This document shows, one piece after another, positions 29,934 through 39,880 of a stretch of DNA of 64,000 nucleotides. The DNA is taken from contig CBDFJG010000002.1 in NCBI GenBank assembly GCA_965248445.1, positions 768,001-832,000 on the forward strand. The letters run 5' to 3'. Below the pieces are notes generated by a model, which was given only the letters and a program-made list of their open reading frames with translations, had not been told where the DNA came from and did not search any database. Origin of the DNA: Planctomycetota bacterium (GTDB lineage: Bacteria; Planctomycetota; JAJSAM01; JAJVHW01). A program made the translations under genes and the position numbers. How positions within the stretch are numbered: the stretch's first letter is position 1; every line of letters begins with the position of its first letter.

Positions 29934-30265
29934 TGCCGAACCTCGACGACATCGTCTGGGAGCGGTTCGAGGAGTTGCGTGACCTGGACCTGCGGGAGAA
30001 CGAAGGCAACGAGTTCCAGGCTCGCGAGATCCTGCGGGAAGTGCCACTCCGGCGCTTCGTGCTCGCGAGCGCGAACATGACGCGCGCGGAGGTCACCGAC
30101 CTGCGCTCGATCATCTCGACGACGCGGCTGGCCGGCACCACACACGTCACGCCGGCCGGGGAGGGAACGCAGGTCGAGGTGGAGATCGAGCAGCAGCAGA
30201 TCGATCCGGACCGGACGCAGGGAGACACGTGGTCCGCGCGCCTGCAGGTCGCGGTGGTGCTCTAG
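29933..30265 (+). CDS. Hypothetical phage structural protein
   Basis: GGAGG RBS, TGATG coupling, GC3-rich codons. Confidence 0.55.
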   Translation: MPNLDDIVWERFEELRDLDLRENEGNEFQAREILREVPLRRFVLASANMTRAEVTDLRSIISTTRLAGTTHVTPAGEGTQVEVEIEQQQIDPDRTQGDTWSARLQVAVVL

Positions 30266-30338
30266 CGCGGCGCGCGCTTGCACGTTGCCGGACGTCGCTG
30301 GGCCGGTGTGCGTCACATGAGGATCGCGCGCGCCCCTC

Positions 30339-31496
30339 ATGCACCTCTTCAACGTCCGCACTGAAACCTTCCAGCACGAGATCAGCGCAGACACGCTGTC
30401 GATCCGCCCGGCTCTTCCGGATCACGACGACCCGCGTCTGATCTGGGAACAGCGCGCCTCGCACTACGTCTCTGACTCGGCCTGGGCCCAGAAGGGGCGC
30501 ATGGTCATCGGCCTGATGCACCCGAACCAGGGCTACATCGACACGCTGCGAAGGCTGCCAGGAGTGCGCTACCTCGGATTCGAGAGCGACGCGCACACGC
30601 GAACAGTACGGGACGCCATGCGCGCCCACGCGCACGACTACGAGTCCCGCCGAAAGTGCGCGACATGCAACCAGGCGCGAGCCGACTGGCACACGATCGG
30701 CCGCAACAAGGTGGATGCCGAGAACTCTCGGCAGCGCAAGCAGGACGTGATCGTCCGGGCATCCTGGATCGCAACGTGGTGGGGATTGACGCTCGCCGCG
30801 CTGTTCGTTTCGCGCGAGCGAGGTGGCGACGTCGCCTACTGGCAGGACAAGCTGCCGGGCCTGTTCATGGCGGTCGCGTTCGCTGACACGTTCGCCGACA
30901 CGAACGGGACTCTCCTACAGAGCCACACGCCGACGGGCGGAGCGGGTGGTTCCCACAGCTGGATCAAGCGCGGCACGAGCGACGCGGACATCGCTGCGAA
31001 CCGAGTCAGCGGTAAGGGATCAAACGGTCGCTACTGCTCGGATGGAGCGCCGACAGGTGCCGACTACGAGGTCAACGTCGTCCGGTACTCCAACCGGTTC
31101 GGGGTGAGCGTTCGCCTGACGCAGACCGGGAACGTGAACGGCTATCACTGCTGGACAAGCTCGAGCAACAAGATGCAGGTCTGGCGCGTGGACAACGCGT
31201 CGTACACGCAGCTCGGCTCGACGGGATCCACCACCACCAGTGACGGCGACAAGATCGGGCTCGATGGCACCGGAAGCAACCTGACCGGACTCCTTAACGA
31301 CGTGGCCGAGGTCACCACGAGCGACAGCACCTACACGGCGAAGGAATGCGGCGGACTGCGTCCGAACGGGAACAACTTCGACGCGGACAACTGGCAACTC
31401 GAAGAGGTCGCTGCCGTCGGTGACCCCGAGGACGGCCTAGTGCGCGGAAAGCTGCTTCGCGGCGGTCTGCTGACGGGCGGAAGGATGGTCGGTTAG
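30339..31496 (+). CDS. Hypothetical phage protein with a C-terminal beta-sandwich-like region
   Basis: 385-aa ORF; CATC..H in the N-half; Gly/Thr/Ser-rich beta pattern from MAVAFADTF onward. Confidence 0.55.
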   Translation: MHLFNVRTETFQHEISADTLSIRPALPDHDDPRLIWEQRASHYVSDSAWAQKGRMVIGLMHPNQGYIDTLRRLPGVRYLGFESDAHTRTVRDAMRAHAHDYESRRKCATCNQARADWHTIGRNKVDAENSRQRKQDVIVRASWIATWWGLTLAALFVSRERGGDVAYWQDKLPGLFMAVAFADTFADTNGTLLQSHTPTGGAGGSHSWIKRGTSDADIAANRVSGKGSNGRYCSDGAPTGADYEVNVVRYSNRFGVSVRLTQTGNVNGYHCWTSSSNKMQVWRVDNASYTQLGSTGSTTTSDGDKIGLDGTGSNLTGLLNDVAEVTTSDSTYTAKECGGLRPNGNNFDADNWQLEEVAAVGDPEDGLVRGKLLRGGLLTGGRMVG

Positions 31497-33620
31497 ATGC
31501 GCCAGAACCTGGGAACACGCCAGCCCGGCAGCACCGTCTATCTCTACTTCGACACGTTCGACGGCGGCGACGGCAGCAGCATCACGTTGACCGGCCTCGC
31601 GCTGGCTGACGTCATCGTGATCAAGGACGGCAGCGTCACTCAAAGGGCGAGCACGAGCGGGTTCTCGCTGCTCGACACGGATGGGATCGACTTCGATTCG
31701 CGCACCGGACTCCATGGCCTTTCGATCGACACGAGCGACGACACCACAGCCGACTTCTGGAAGGCGGGTAGCCACTACGCGGTCGCCGTCGATGACGTCA
31801 CGGTGGACGGCCAAACGGTCCGCTTCTGGTTGGCGGAGTTCCGGCTGGGCTACGAGGGCGCGATGCTGGACACGCACATCGCGACTCTGTCGAGCCAGAC
31901 GACCTTCACCCTCGCCGCAGGGCCGGCGGACGACGACGCTCTGAACGGGTGCCGGCTGATCGTTCACGACAAGGCCAGCGGGGTGCAGCTCGCGCTGGGC
32001 GTGATCGAGGACTACACCGGTAGCACGAGAACAGTCGCCCTGGCTACTGACCCGAGCGTTTTCACGATGGCCGCGGGAGACAACGTCTCGGTGTTCGCGC
32101 CAGCTCTCGTTCCCACCGTGCCTGGACGCACGCTCGCCATCGAGTCGGATGGTCACGCGCACGCGGACGTGAAGCAGTGGCTCAGCTCTGCACCGAACGC
32201 GTTGCAGAGCGGCCGCGTAGACACCTACCTCGGCGCGCTCGCCGCGAACGTCATCACCGCCGCGAGCATCGCGGCGAATGCAATCGGGGCGAGCCAGATC
32301 GCGAGCGGGGCGCTGACCGCGGCGAAGTTCGCGGCCGGCGCGTTCGATGCCGTCTGGAGCGTTACGTCGCGCCTGCTGACCGCGGGGACGAACATCGTGC
32401 TCGCGAAGGGCACGGGGATCACCGGCTTCAACGACGTCTCGGCGACACAGGTGAACGCGGAGTGCGACACCGCGCTGTCCGACTATGACGCACCGACGCG
32501 AGCTGAGGCGACGAGCGACAAGAACGAGGTCCTGTCGCGGCTCGGGACGCCCGCAGGTGCCGACGTGGTCGCGGACATCGCGAGCAACAAGACCGACCTC
32601 GGAACTCTGCTCACTCGACTGTCCGAGGCGCGCGCGAGCTACCTCGACTTCCTGAACATCGGTGGCGCGGTAGCAAGTCAAGCCGATGTGCAGGGCATAG
32701 GCGTGCCGCTCCGCGTGCGCTTCGTTGCGCCACCGCAGATCGAACGACCCGACTCGGGGTCGGTCACCTACCGGCTGTGGATCTACAGCTACGGGGACTC
32801 GGGGCAGGCCGAAGATCTCGACAGCGTGCCGGTCGTGGCCGCGGAGAACAACGCGAGCACCGATCGCTCGGGGAATCTCGGAACGGTCACGAAGCAGGCG
32901 GCGACGACGGGGATCTACTACGTCGACTACACCGTCGCGGACAGCCACGCCCTCGAGGGTCTGGTGTTCAAGGCGACGTGCACGGAGAACGCTGTCGCGA
33001 CGGTCTACCCGACGTCGAGCTTCGTCGCCGACACGACTGCCGTCGACTACACCGCGGCGGATCGCAGCCGCGACGACGGCATCAAGGCGATCGTGGACCT
33101 CCTCCCCGACGGCGGCGCGCTCACGAGCCTGGCGCAGGACTCCGACCTGTCCACGGCGCTCGCCAACCTGACAACTCTGCTCACACGGATCCCCGGTGTC
33201 GTGCAACCGCAGACGGGCGACGCGTACGACCGCCTCGCTACCTACCGTCTCGGTGAGCTGCTGAGCGCGGCACTCGCGTCGCAGCCCGCGGCCGACTCGC
33301 TACTCGGAGACCTCACCGAGGACGACGGCGGCGTGCAGCGGTTCTCCGTGAACGCGCTCGAGCAAGCGCCGGCGGGTGGCGGTGGCGGCGGAGGGAACGA
33401 GAACGCGGTAGCCATCCCCGCGGCGGGCGCCGCCGACAACACCGTGGGCGGTCTCCGGCGCGCGCAGGCGAACTGGCGCTACGGCAAGAAGGAGGTCGTG
33501 GCCGGCGGGCCGCTGGGCTACCAGGTCAAGGTCTACGAGTTCGACGACTCGGACACGGTCTGGAAGACCTTCGACTTCAACCACGCGAGTCTGCCATCCC
33601 TCTTCCAGGAGGCGGCGTGA
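31497..33620 (+). CDS. Hypothetical phage structural protein (707 aa)
   Basis: Coupled to both neighbours; Ala-rich pentapeptide-like stretch (ITAASIAANAIGASQIASGALTAAKFAAGA); beta-rich domains. Confidence 0.6.
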   Translation: MRQNLGTRQPGSTVYLYFDTFDGGDGSSITLTGLALADVIVIKDGSVTQRASTSGFSLLDTDGIDFDSRTGLHGLSIDTSDDTTADFWKAGSHYAVAVDDVTVDGQTVRFWLAEFRLGYEGAMLDTHIATLSSQTTFTLAAGPADDDALNGCRLIVHDKASGVQLALGVIEDYTGSTRTVALATDPSVFTMAAGDNVSVFAPALVPTVPGRTLAIESDGHAHADVKQWLSSAPNALQSGRVDTYLGALAANVITAASIAANAIGASQIASGALTAAKFAAGAFDAVWSVTSRLLTAGTNIVLAKGTGITGFNDVSATQVNAECDTALSDYDAPTRAEATSDKNEVLSRLGTPAGADVVADIASNKTDLGTLLTRLSEARASYLDFLNIGGAVASQADVQGIGVPLRVRFVAPPQIERPDSGSVTYRLWIYSYGDSGQAEDLDSVPVVAAENNASTDRSGNLGTVTKQAATTGIYYVDYTVADSHALEGLVFKATCTENAVATVYPTSSFVADTTAVDYTAADRSRDDGIKAIVDLLPDGGALTSLAQDSDLSTALANLTTLLTRIPGVVQPQTGDAYDRLATYRLGELLSAALASQPAADSLLGDLTEDDGGVQRFSVNALEQAPAGGGGGGGNENAVAIPAAGAADNTVGGLRRAQANWRYGKKEVVAGGPLGYQVKVYEFDDSDTVWKTFDFNHASLPSLFQEAA

Positions 33621-34432
33621 GCATCATCATGCCGTTCGGGCTCCCGTCCGCGGAGTCGGGTGTCCAGGCGAGCACGCTCCCGGTGCGCGAGCGCATCCTG
33701 CAGAACGTCTTCGCCACGCTGCGCTCGATCCGCCGGCTCAGCAAGCCGGAGCGCCAGAGCGGCACCGACGTCGCAGTCAGCACGGAGTCGAGCGGCGCGT
33801 ACACCGGCGAGGTGACCCGCTTCTACATGGTGGGGGTCACGCTCGGGGGACCGAGCGGCACCGCGCAGGTCACGGTCACCGACGAGACCCCCGCGGACGT
33901 GAAGGCGCTCTGGCCGTCTTCGATCACCGGCGACGACGGGCCGGTGGCCGCGGTCGTCACGAGCGGGGTGGCCTTCAACCTGGGTTCGAACGGCGTCCAG
34001 ATGGCGCTCACCTTCACGGACGACCTGGTCGCGGGCCACAAGTGGGGCGTGTGGGCCGGGAAGTACACGAACGACGTGAAGGAAGTCACCCGTGACGAGG
34101 ACGCGGAGCTCGGCCACAAGCTCTGGATCGAGCAGGGCTACCCGGACGGTGAGCCGACCGAGGGCCCGCTCAGCAAGCGCACAGAGCTGCTGCTGATTCC
34201 GCTCACGCTTCGCGCTCGCCGCGCAGACGAGCTCGCCACGGTGCTCGAGACGTTCTTCGCGGACATCACGTGGGCGCTGCTGGCCGACGAGACCCGCGGT
34301 GCGGACGCGATCTGGACCCGGGTCGAAGGCAACGTGGGCTTGGCCTTGCAGGAGGTCAAGGCAGGGGGGCGTGCGGTGGTGCAGGTAGAGGTTCTGTACC
34401 GCACCGCGGACGACAACCCGTACCAGTCCTGA
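33617..34432 (+). CDS. Putative tail terminator with an inserted beta domain
   Basis: N-terminal VRERILQNVFATL and C-terminal ALLADETRG...VEVLYRT..DNP; position before the tail tube. Confidence 0.5.
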   Translation: MSIIMPFGLPSAESGVQASTLPVRERILQNVFATLRSIRRLSKPERQSGTDVAVSTESSGAYTGEVTRFYMVGVTLGGPSGTAQVTVTDETPADVKALWPSSITGDDGPVAAVVTSGVAFNLGSNGVQMALTFTDDLVAGHKWGVWAGKYTNDVKEVTRDEDAELGHKLWIEQGYPDGEPTEGPLSKRTELLLIPLTLRARRADELATVLETFFADITWALLADETRGADAIWTRVEGNVGLALQEVKAGGRAVVQVEVLYRTADDNPYQS

Positions 34433-34447
34433 CGCCGGAGGCCGAGC

Positions 34448-35617
34448 ATGTCCGTTCTCACCCAGCCCAAGCGCCAGATCGCGTTCAAGCTCGAGTCCGT
34501 CGAGGGAACACCGGAGTCGCTGGCCGCCGCCGATGCGAAGCACCTGGTACTCGACGAGGACCTGAGCTTCTCCGACGACATCCAGATGCACGAGCGCAAC
34601 ATCGTGCAGTCGTCCTTCAGCAAGCACAAGGCGCTCGCTGGCGTCGAGGGCGCGGGGATCACGTTCGGCATCGAGCTCCGCGGCTCCGGCGCCATCGCGT
34701 CCCCCACCGACGACATCCCGTCGTGGGACGAGCCGCTGCGCGGCTGCGGCTTCGGGCGCAGCAACGTGACGAAGCTCGCCATCGGAGCGGTGGCGGGCGG
34801 ACCGTTCACACACGGTGAGGTCGTGACGGGCGGCACGAGCACCGCAACCGGCCGAGTGATCGGTGACTGGGCGGATGGCGCGGCAGCGCTCTACGTCGTC
34901 GTGACGTCCGGGACGTTCCAGGACGCGGAGACGCTCACCGGCGACACCAGTGGCGCGAGCGCCACGGCCGGCGCGGCACCGGCGGCCGGTGGATGGGTCT
35001 ACGAGCCCGTCAGCGGAACGTCCTCCTCGGGCACAATTGCCACGTACCACGACGGCGTGAAGAAGCTCGTGCAGGGCGGCCGCGGCAACGTCGTGTTCCA
35101 GGGATCGGTCGGCGAGCCCGGCAAGATGATGTTCTCCTACGGCGGCGTGTACGGCGGGGTTACCGACGTTGCGCTCCTGTCGGGGATCATCTACGAGCCC
35201 ACGCTCCCGCCGGTGCTCAAGGGCACGTCGCTATCGTTCGACTCCTTCACCCCGATCGTGACGGAGTTCAGCTTCGACATGGGGAACGTGCTCGCGCTCC
35301 GCCGCAGCATGGCGGCAACGGCTGGCGCAGTGTCGACCCGCATCACGGACCGGCGACCGACAGGTTCGTTCGACCCCGAGATGGACCTGGTCGCGAACTT
35401 CGACTTCTACGGTCGCAAGAAGGGCGAGACGCTCCACAAGACCGAGTTCCAGGTCGGGTCGACCGAAGGGAACCGGTTCAAGTTCATCGTGCCCGAGACG
35501 CAGATCAACAGCGTCGAGGAGGGCGATCGCGAACGGCTGTCGACGGTGAGCCTCGGCATCGGCCTGATCGGCGGTACGTCCTGGCAGGACCTCGAGCTGT
35601 CGTTGCTCGTCTACTGA
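34448..35617 (+). CDS. Phage tail tube protein
   Basis: IAFKLES.EGT, LRGCGF, FSFDMGN, ITDRRPTGSFDPE; directly upstream of the chaperone and tape measure genes. Confidence 0.7.
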   Translation: MSVLTQPKRQIAFKLESVEGTPESLAAADAKHLVLDEDLSFSDDIQMHERNIVQSSFSKHKALAGVEGAGITFGIELRGSGAIASPTDDIPSWDEPLRGCGFGRSNVTKLAIGAVAGGPFTHGEVVTGGTSTATGRVIGDWADGAAALYVVVTSGTFQDAETLTGDTSGASATAGAAPAAGGWVYEPVSGTSSSGTIATYHDGVKKLVQGGRGNVVFQGSVGEPGKMMFSYGGVYGGVTDVALLSGIIYEPTLPPVLKGTSLSFDSFTPIVTEFSFDMGNVLALRRSMAATAGAVSTRITDRRPTGSFDPEMDLVANFDFYGRKKGETLHKTEFQVGSTEGNRFKFIVPETQINSVEEGDRERLSTVSLGIGLIGGTSWQDLELSLLVY

Positions 35618-35627
35618 GGAGGCTCTG

Positions 35628-36047
35628 ATGGCTCGCGCTCTCTCCGTCCGCGTCGAGCAGACGTACGTCCCACTGTCCGACCGTGAGCTGCCACCCGAGC
35701 AGCAGACGCGCTTCACGGCGCGACCTCCGACGGGCATCGACAAGATCAAGTGGCGCGCCTACGCGCGTGATCTCGGGGCCGGCCCGGAATCCGCCGGCGC
35801 ACTGGTGATCGAGTGGCTCGTGCGGCACCTGCTCACGGGGTGGGAGAACTTCCCGGGCCATGACGACAAGCTGGTGGAGTTCGTTCGCGGGAAGCACATG
35901 GAGAGGCTCGACGACGCACTCGTCTACGAGCTGGGAAACTGGCTGCTCTCGCTCAAGGACCTGTCGGAGGACGACTCGGGAAAATCCGACTTGCCGTCGA
36001 GCTCGCGGTCCGGCGACCCGCCGCCTGCTCCGTCTGCCGAGCAGTAG
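35628..36047 (+). CDS. Tail assembly chaperone (lambda gpG analogue)
   Basis: Between tube and tape measure; LTGWENF motif; slippery G GGA AAA near the 3' end. Confidence 0.75.
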   Translation: MARALSVRVEQTYVPLSDRELPPEQQTRFTARPPTGIDKIKWRAYARDLGAGPESAGALVIEWLVRHLLTGWENFPGHDDKLVEFVRGKHMERLDDALVYELGNWLLSLKDLSEDDSGKSDLPSSSRSGDPPPAPSAEQ

Positions 36048-36367
36048 CACCAGACGCCCGCTACTGCGTCGGGGCGGCGGGATCGAGTCAGCGGCCCACC
36101 TACATCCTTCCGTGCACACAGCACGGCTCTACGGCGTGCGAGAAGTGCGCTCGGCGGACGGGACACGAGTGCCCGTATCGCTTGCTCGACGAAGACGTGT
36201 GGTTGGTCTTGCGTCTGTGGCGGACGCTGCGCGCGAGCGGCGCCTTCCCTGACCCAGGAGGACCGCTGGACCAGTCGCTGTGGGTCATCGAAGCATTCGA
36301 TGCCGTGACGGCCGCGGAGGGCGCGGTGCGGGACGACATCGAGCGGCAGCGGAAGAAGTCGAGGTAG
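35978..36367 (+). CDS. Tail assembly chaperone -1 frameshift extension (gpT analogue)
   Basis: The -1 frame is open from G GGA AAA (35978-35984) to TAG at 36367 and contains FPDPGGPLDQ. Confidence 0.75.
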   Translation, partial: GKIRLAVELAVRRPAACSVCRAVAPDARYCVGAAGSSQRPTYILPCTQHGSTACEKCARRTGHECPYRLLDEDVWLVLRLWRTLRASGAFPDPGGPLDQSLWVIEAFDAVTAAEGAVRDDIERQRKKSR

Positions 36368-36370
36368 CGC

Positions 36371-39106
36371 GTGGCCCGCACGACGAAGCGCCGGACCGAG
36401 TACGAGCTGAGCGTCCAGGACAAGGCGACGGCTGCGCTGAAGCGCATCGACCAGCGGATCGGCCAGCTCGACAAGGAGATCATGGGGCTGGGCGCGACGT
36501 CGAAGCGCTCGACGGGGACCATGATCGCGGGCTTCAAGAGCTTCGCGACGGTGCTCGGCGGGATCTCGCTCGCCGCACTCGGGAAGGACGTGATCCAGAC
36601 CGGCGCCGAGTTCGAGAAGTCCATGGCGCTCATCGCGGGGCTCTCGAAGGAGGCCGCGGCGGAGGTGCCCCACCTCTCACAGGAACTGCGAGACCTGGCC
36701 GTCGAGGGCGGCGCGAACCTGAACTCTCTCAGCGCAGCCGCCTTCGACGTGATCAGCGCGACCGGAGACGTCGGCGGCTCGATGACCGCGGTCAAGTCGG
36801 CGATGGACCTCGCGATCGCCGGTGGCACCGACACAGCGACCACGATGGACGCGCTCACGTCGATCATGGGCAACTTCAGCTTGACGACCGGTCAAGCCGG
36901 GGCCGCCGCGGAGGCGCTGTTCCGCGCCCAGCAGGGCGGCAAGGTCACGATGGAGCAGCTCGCTCGCTCGATCGGTAACGTCGCCACGAGCGCACGCGCA
37001 GCCGGCGTGTCCTACGAGGAGATGCTCGGCAGCCTCGCGGCAGTGACGGCCGGTGGCCTGGGCGGTGAGAAGACGCAGGTCGGCGCCACGAGCGTCGCGC
37101 GGATGTTCGACGCCGTCGCGAAGGCGGGCGAGGACGTGATCGCGACATCGCGCGAGATGGCTGCAGAGGCCGGCGTCGTGGACTTCGAGTTCTCGAAGGC
37201 GCAGCTGGCGAGTGACGGCCTCGCCAAGTTCCTCGAGAAGATGGCCCGGGTCACCAAGGGGGACACGCAGGCGCTCGAGAAGCTCGGCATCGCGACCGAG
37301 GCAGCCAAGGGCACGCAGATCCTGCTGAAGGACGGCGCTGCGGCGACGACCGAGCTCCTCGCCGATCAGCGCAAGGAGGCCGACGAACTCGGCGGTGCCG
37401 TCGCGATCATGCAGGAGACGACCTCGCAGAAGATGGAGCGCCTGAACGCACTCTGGAAGGAGTCCAAGCTCATCTTCTTCGACGAGTTCTCGGGCCCCCT
37501 GAAGGAGGGGTTCGAGGGACTCCTCGAGGACACCGACTCGTTTCGCGAAGGCGTCGAAGCGCTCGCGGACTCCGCGCGCTTCCTGGGCAACGTGTGGCAG
37601 ACGGTGGTCGGAGGGATCCGCACCGCGATCATCGCGTCGTTCCTGCCGCTCACCGAGTTCGTCGGAGGCGTTGCAGAACTCGGCGAGAAGATGGGGTTCC
37701 TCGACCGGGAGACCGCCAACTGGATGCGCGCGTTCCGCGATGGCACGCGCGATGCGGTCTCCGAGTCGTTCGACGACATGATTGACGACGCCAAGGAGGC
37801 GGGCGCTGCCTTCAAGGACGTGTTCGAGGACGAGGCGCCGCGCGCGTTGCGGGAGACCGGCGCCGCGGTCCAGGAGACCGAACAGAATCTAGAGGCGCTC
37901 GTCGAAGCAGCGCGCCGCGCTGGCGCTGAGATGCTGGCCGCCCTCCGCGCTGGCGCCAAGGCTCCGCCCATCTCGGAGGGCTTCGATGACAAGCTCTTCA
38001 AGGCACGGGAGGCCCTGCGAGCGGCGTCGCTGCGCGGCAGCTTGGCCGGCAAGGACGAGCTGGACCAGGAGAAGGCCGCGCTGCGCGAGGCGCACCGCCG
38101 GCGCATCCTCGAGATCCAGCGCGACGAGAAGCTCACCGCAAGTGAGCGCCGTCTGCTGCGGGAGACGTTCACGCACGCGCTGAACGCGGACATCGCGGCA
38201 CTGGAGGCGGAGCAGGCACAGGAGCTGGCCACGCAGCGTTCCCAGGACGCGACGGAGCTCGAGAAGGAGATCCTCCGGATTCGCGGCGACGCGATGTTCG
38301 AACTCCAGCAGATGGGTCGGGACCAGACCGACCAGGAAATCACGGAGATCAACCGTCGGTACGACGAGCTGCGCGGTCGCGCCGAGGAGTTCGGGCGCGA
38401 CACGGTCGCCATCGAGGAAGCACGGCAGGCCGAGCTGCAGCGCGCTGAGACCGAAGGCGCGGCGCGGCGTGCCGAGGAGGCCGAGCGGCTTGCCGAGAAG
38501 GCGGAGCGGGACGCGGCGGCGGCCAGGACCAAGGCCCACCAGGACGCGGTCACGGACACCGACTTCGGCGCCGGCTTCCAGGCCGAGCTGACCAAGATCC
38601 AGGAAGAGATGACGAAGACGGGCGCCCTCGGCGCCGACCTCGCCAACACCCTCACGGACGGCCTCGCGGGCACCGGTGTCGACGCGATGTTCGCGCTGGC
38701 GGACGGCACCGAGAACGCGGGGCAGCGCATCGAGGATGCGTTGATCGACCTCGGCAAGGAGATCCTCGCGACGATCGTCAAGTTCCAGCTCATGCGCCTT
38801 GTGTCGGGTGCACTCGGGTCCGCGTTCGGGGCACCGGCGCCAGTCGGCATCCCGGGCGGCTTCGCGCCCCTGCCGCCGCCCACCGCCAGCGTCCCGCTCC
38901 CGTCGGCTGCGGGTCCGCCGGTCGCCCTCGGAGCGACATCGTCGGGACGCAACGTGATCGTGAACTACTCGCCGAGCATCAACGCGATCGACGGCGTGTC
39001 CGCCAAGCGCGTGCTCATCGAGGAACGCGAGACGCTCTCCGCGCTCATCAAGCGCTCGATCACCGAAGAGGCGGACTTCCAGAACACCATCCGGAACGTG
39101 AGGTAG
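36371..39106 (+). CDS. Phage tail tape measure protein
   Basis: 911 aa, Ala-rich helical; D.ATAAL, FEKSM, TP901-like core (GKVTMEQLARSIGNV), C-terminal INAID. Confidence 0.88.
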   Translation: MARTTKRRTEYELSVQDKATAALKRIDQRIGQLDKEIMGLGATSKRSTGTMIAGFKSFATVLGGISLAALGKDVIQTGAEFEKSMALIAGLSKEAAAEVPHLSQELRDLAVEGGANLNSLSAAAFDVISATGDVGGSMTAVKSAMDLAIAGGTDTATTMDALTSIMGNFSLTTGQAGAAAEALFRAQQGGKVTMEQLARSIGNVATSARAAGVSYEEMLGSLAAVTAGGLGGEKTQVGATSVARMFDAVAKAGEDVIATSREMAAEAGVVDFEFSKAQLASDGLAKFLEKMARVTKGDTQALEKLGIATEAAKGTQILLKDGAAATTELLADQRKEADELGGAVAIMQETTSQKMERLNALWKESKLIFFDEFSGPLKEGFEGLLEDTDSFREGVEALADSARFLGNVWQTVVGGIRTAIIASFLPLTEFVGGVAELGEKMGFLDRETANWMRAFRDGTRDAVSESFDDMIDDAKEAGAAFKDVFEDEAPRALRETGAAVQETEQNLEALVEAARRAGAEMLAALRAGAKAPPISEGFDDKLFKAREALRAASLRGSLAGKDELDQEKAALREAHRRRILEIQRDEKLTASERRLLRETFTHALNADIAALEAEQAQELATQRSQDATELEKEILRIRGDAMFELQQMGRDQTDQEITEINRRYDELRGRAEEFGRDTVAIEEARQAELQRAETEGAARRAEEAERLAEKAERDAAAARTKAHQDAVTDTDFGAGFQAELTKIQEEMTKTGALGADLANTLTDGLAGTGVDAMFALADGTENAGQRIEDALIDLGKEILATIVKFQLMRLVSGALGSAFGAPAPVGIPGGFAPLPPPTASVPLPSAAGPPVALGATSSGRNVIVNYSPSINAIDGVSAKRVLIEERETLSALIKRSITEEADFQNTIRNVR

Positions 39107-39110
39107 CCCC

Positions 39111-39600
39111 GTGTCCCACCAGCAGCGCCAGTACGTCGACAACGAGGCAGCGACTCACGACCAGCACATGCTGGAACGGAGCATCGGCGGCAACACCGCG
39201 GACGCGTCCGTCGTGCAGTCCGTCGGCGACCGCCTCGACTTCGGGGGCAGCGCCACCGGCACCGTGTTCGACAAGGTCAGCGCGAAGGCGTTCCAGACCG
39301 ACACGATCAGCTGCGACGGCTTTGAACACGTCGTCGTCAAGGTCGAGACCGAGAAGAGCAACCCGGACGTGCGGCTGCGGCCGTGGTGGAAGGACGCCAG
39401 CGGCACGGGATGGACGCCGGGCGATGAGATCCGCGCGAAGGCCACGGGCGACCAGGGCGGCTCCGGAAGCGTCCCCGGCTCGCTCGTCACGAACTACTAC
39501 CACTTCGAGCGGCTCGTGCTCGAGACGCACGGCGCTTCTGAGGTGAAGTTCGAGCTGACCAAGATCAGCAACGGGAAGGTGTCTGCTCCGAGGAGCCGAG
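39111..39600 (+). CDS. Hypothetical post-tape-measure protein, probably 3'-truncated
   Basis: Beta-rich, GC3-rich coding to about ISNGKVS, after which the character changes; the raw ORF reads through to 40142. Confidence 0.45.
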
Positions 39601-39602
39601 CG

Positions 39603-39880
39603 ATGAGTAACGCGAACGACTACTTGCGGCGGGGGGACGTGGCTCGCATGGCGATGAGGGTCTACGGGCCTGGTAGTGGGGGGGCCACGTCAGAGACCTC
39701 GCCGCCGACCCGGTCGCCACGGCGGCGGTCGAGTTGGCGGAGTTCTGTGAGTACGCGGCTCTGCACGAGGCATGGCGGAACGAGCTTCGCCTGTGTGGAC
39801 GGATGCCGCTCATCCACGACGAGGACATGCCGACCTGGCGTGGCGTCGAGCTGCTGTGGCGCCACTACGTCGACGCCTGA
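39603..39880 (+). pseudogene. Small phage gene split at a G7 run
   Basis: AGGAG RBS and ATG at 39603; one more G in 39678-39684 gives ...GHVRDLAADPVATAAVELAEFCEYAA...HYVDA-stop. Confidence 0.35.

Noticed and set aside
21361..30282. Phage TTGCA motifs as sigma54 -12 elements
   Set aside because: The GG required 10 nt upstream of GC is not present at the right spacing.
39678..39684. G7 tract as a phase-variation switch
   Set aside because: Short tract in a small remnant gene; same one-base-short pattern as two other sites, so error or decay is simpler.
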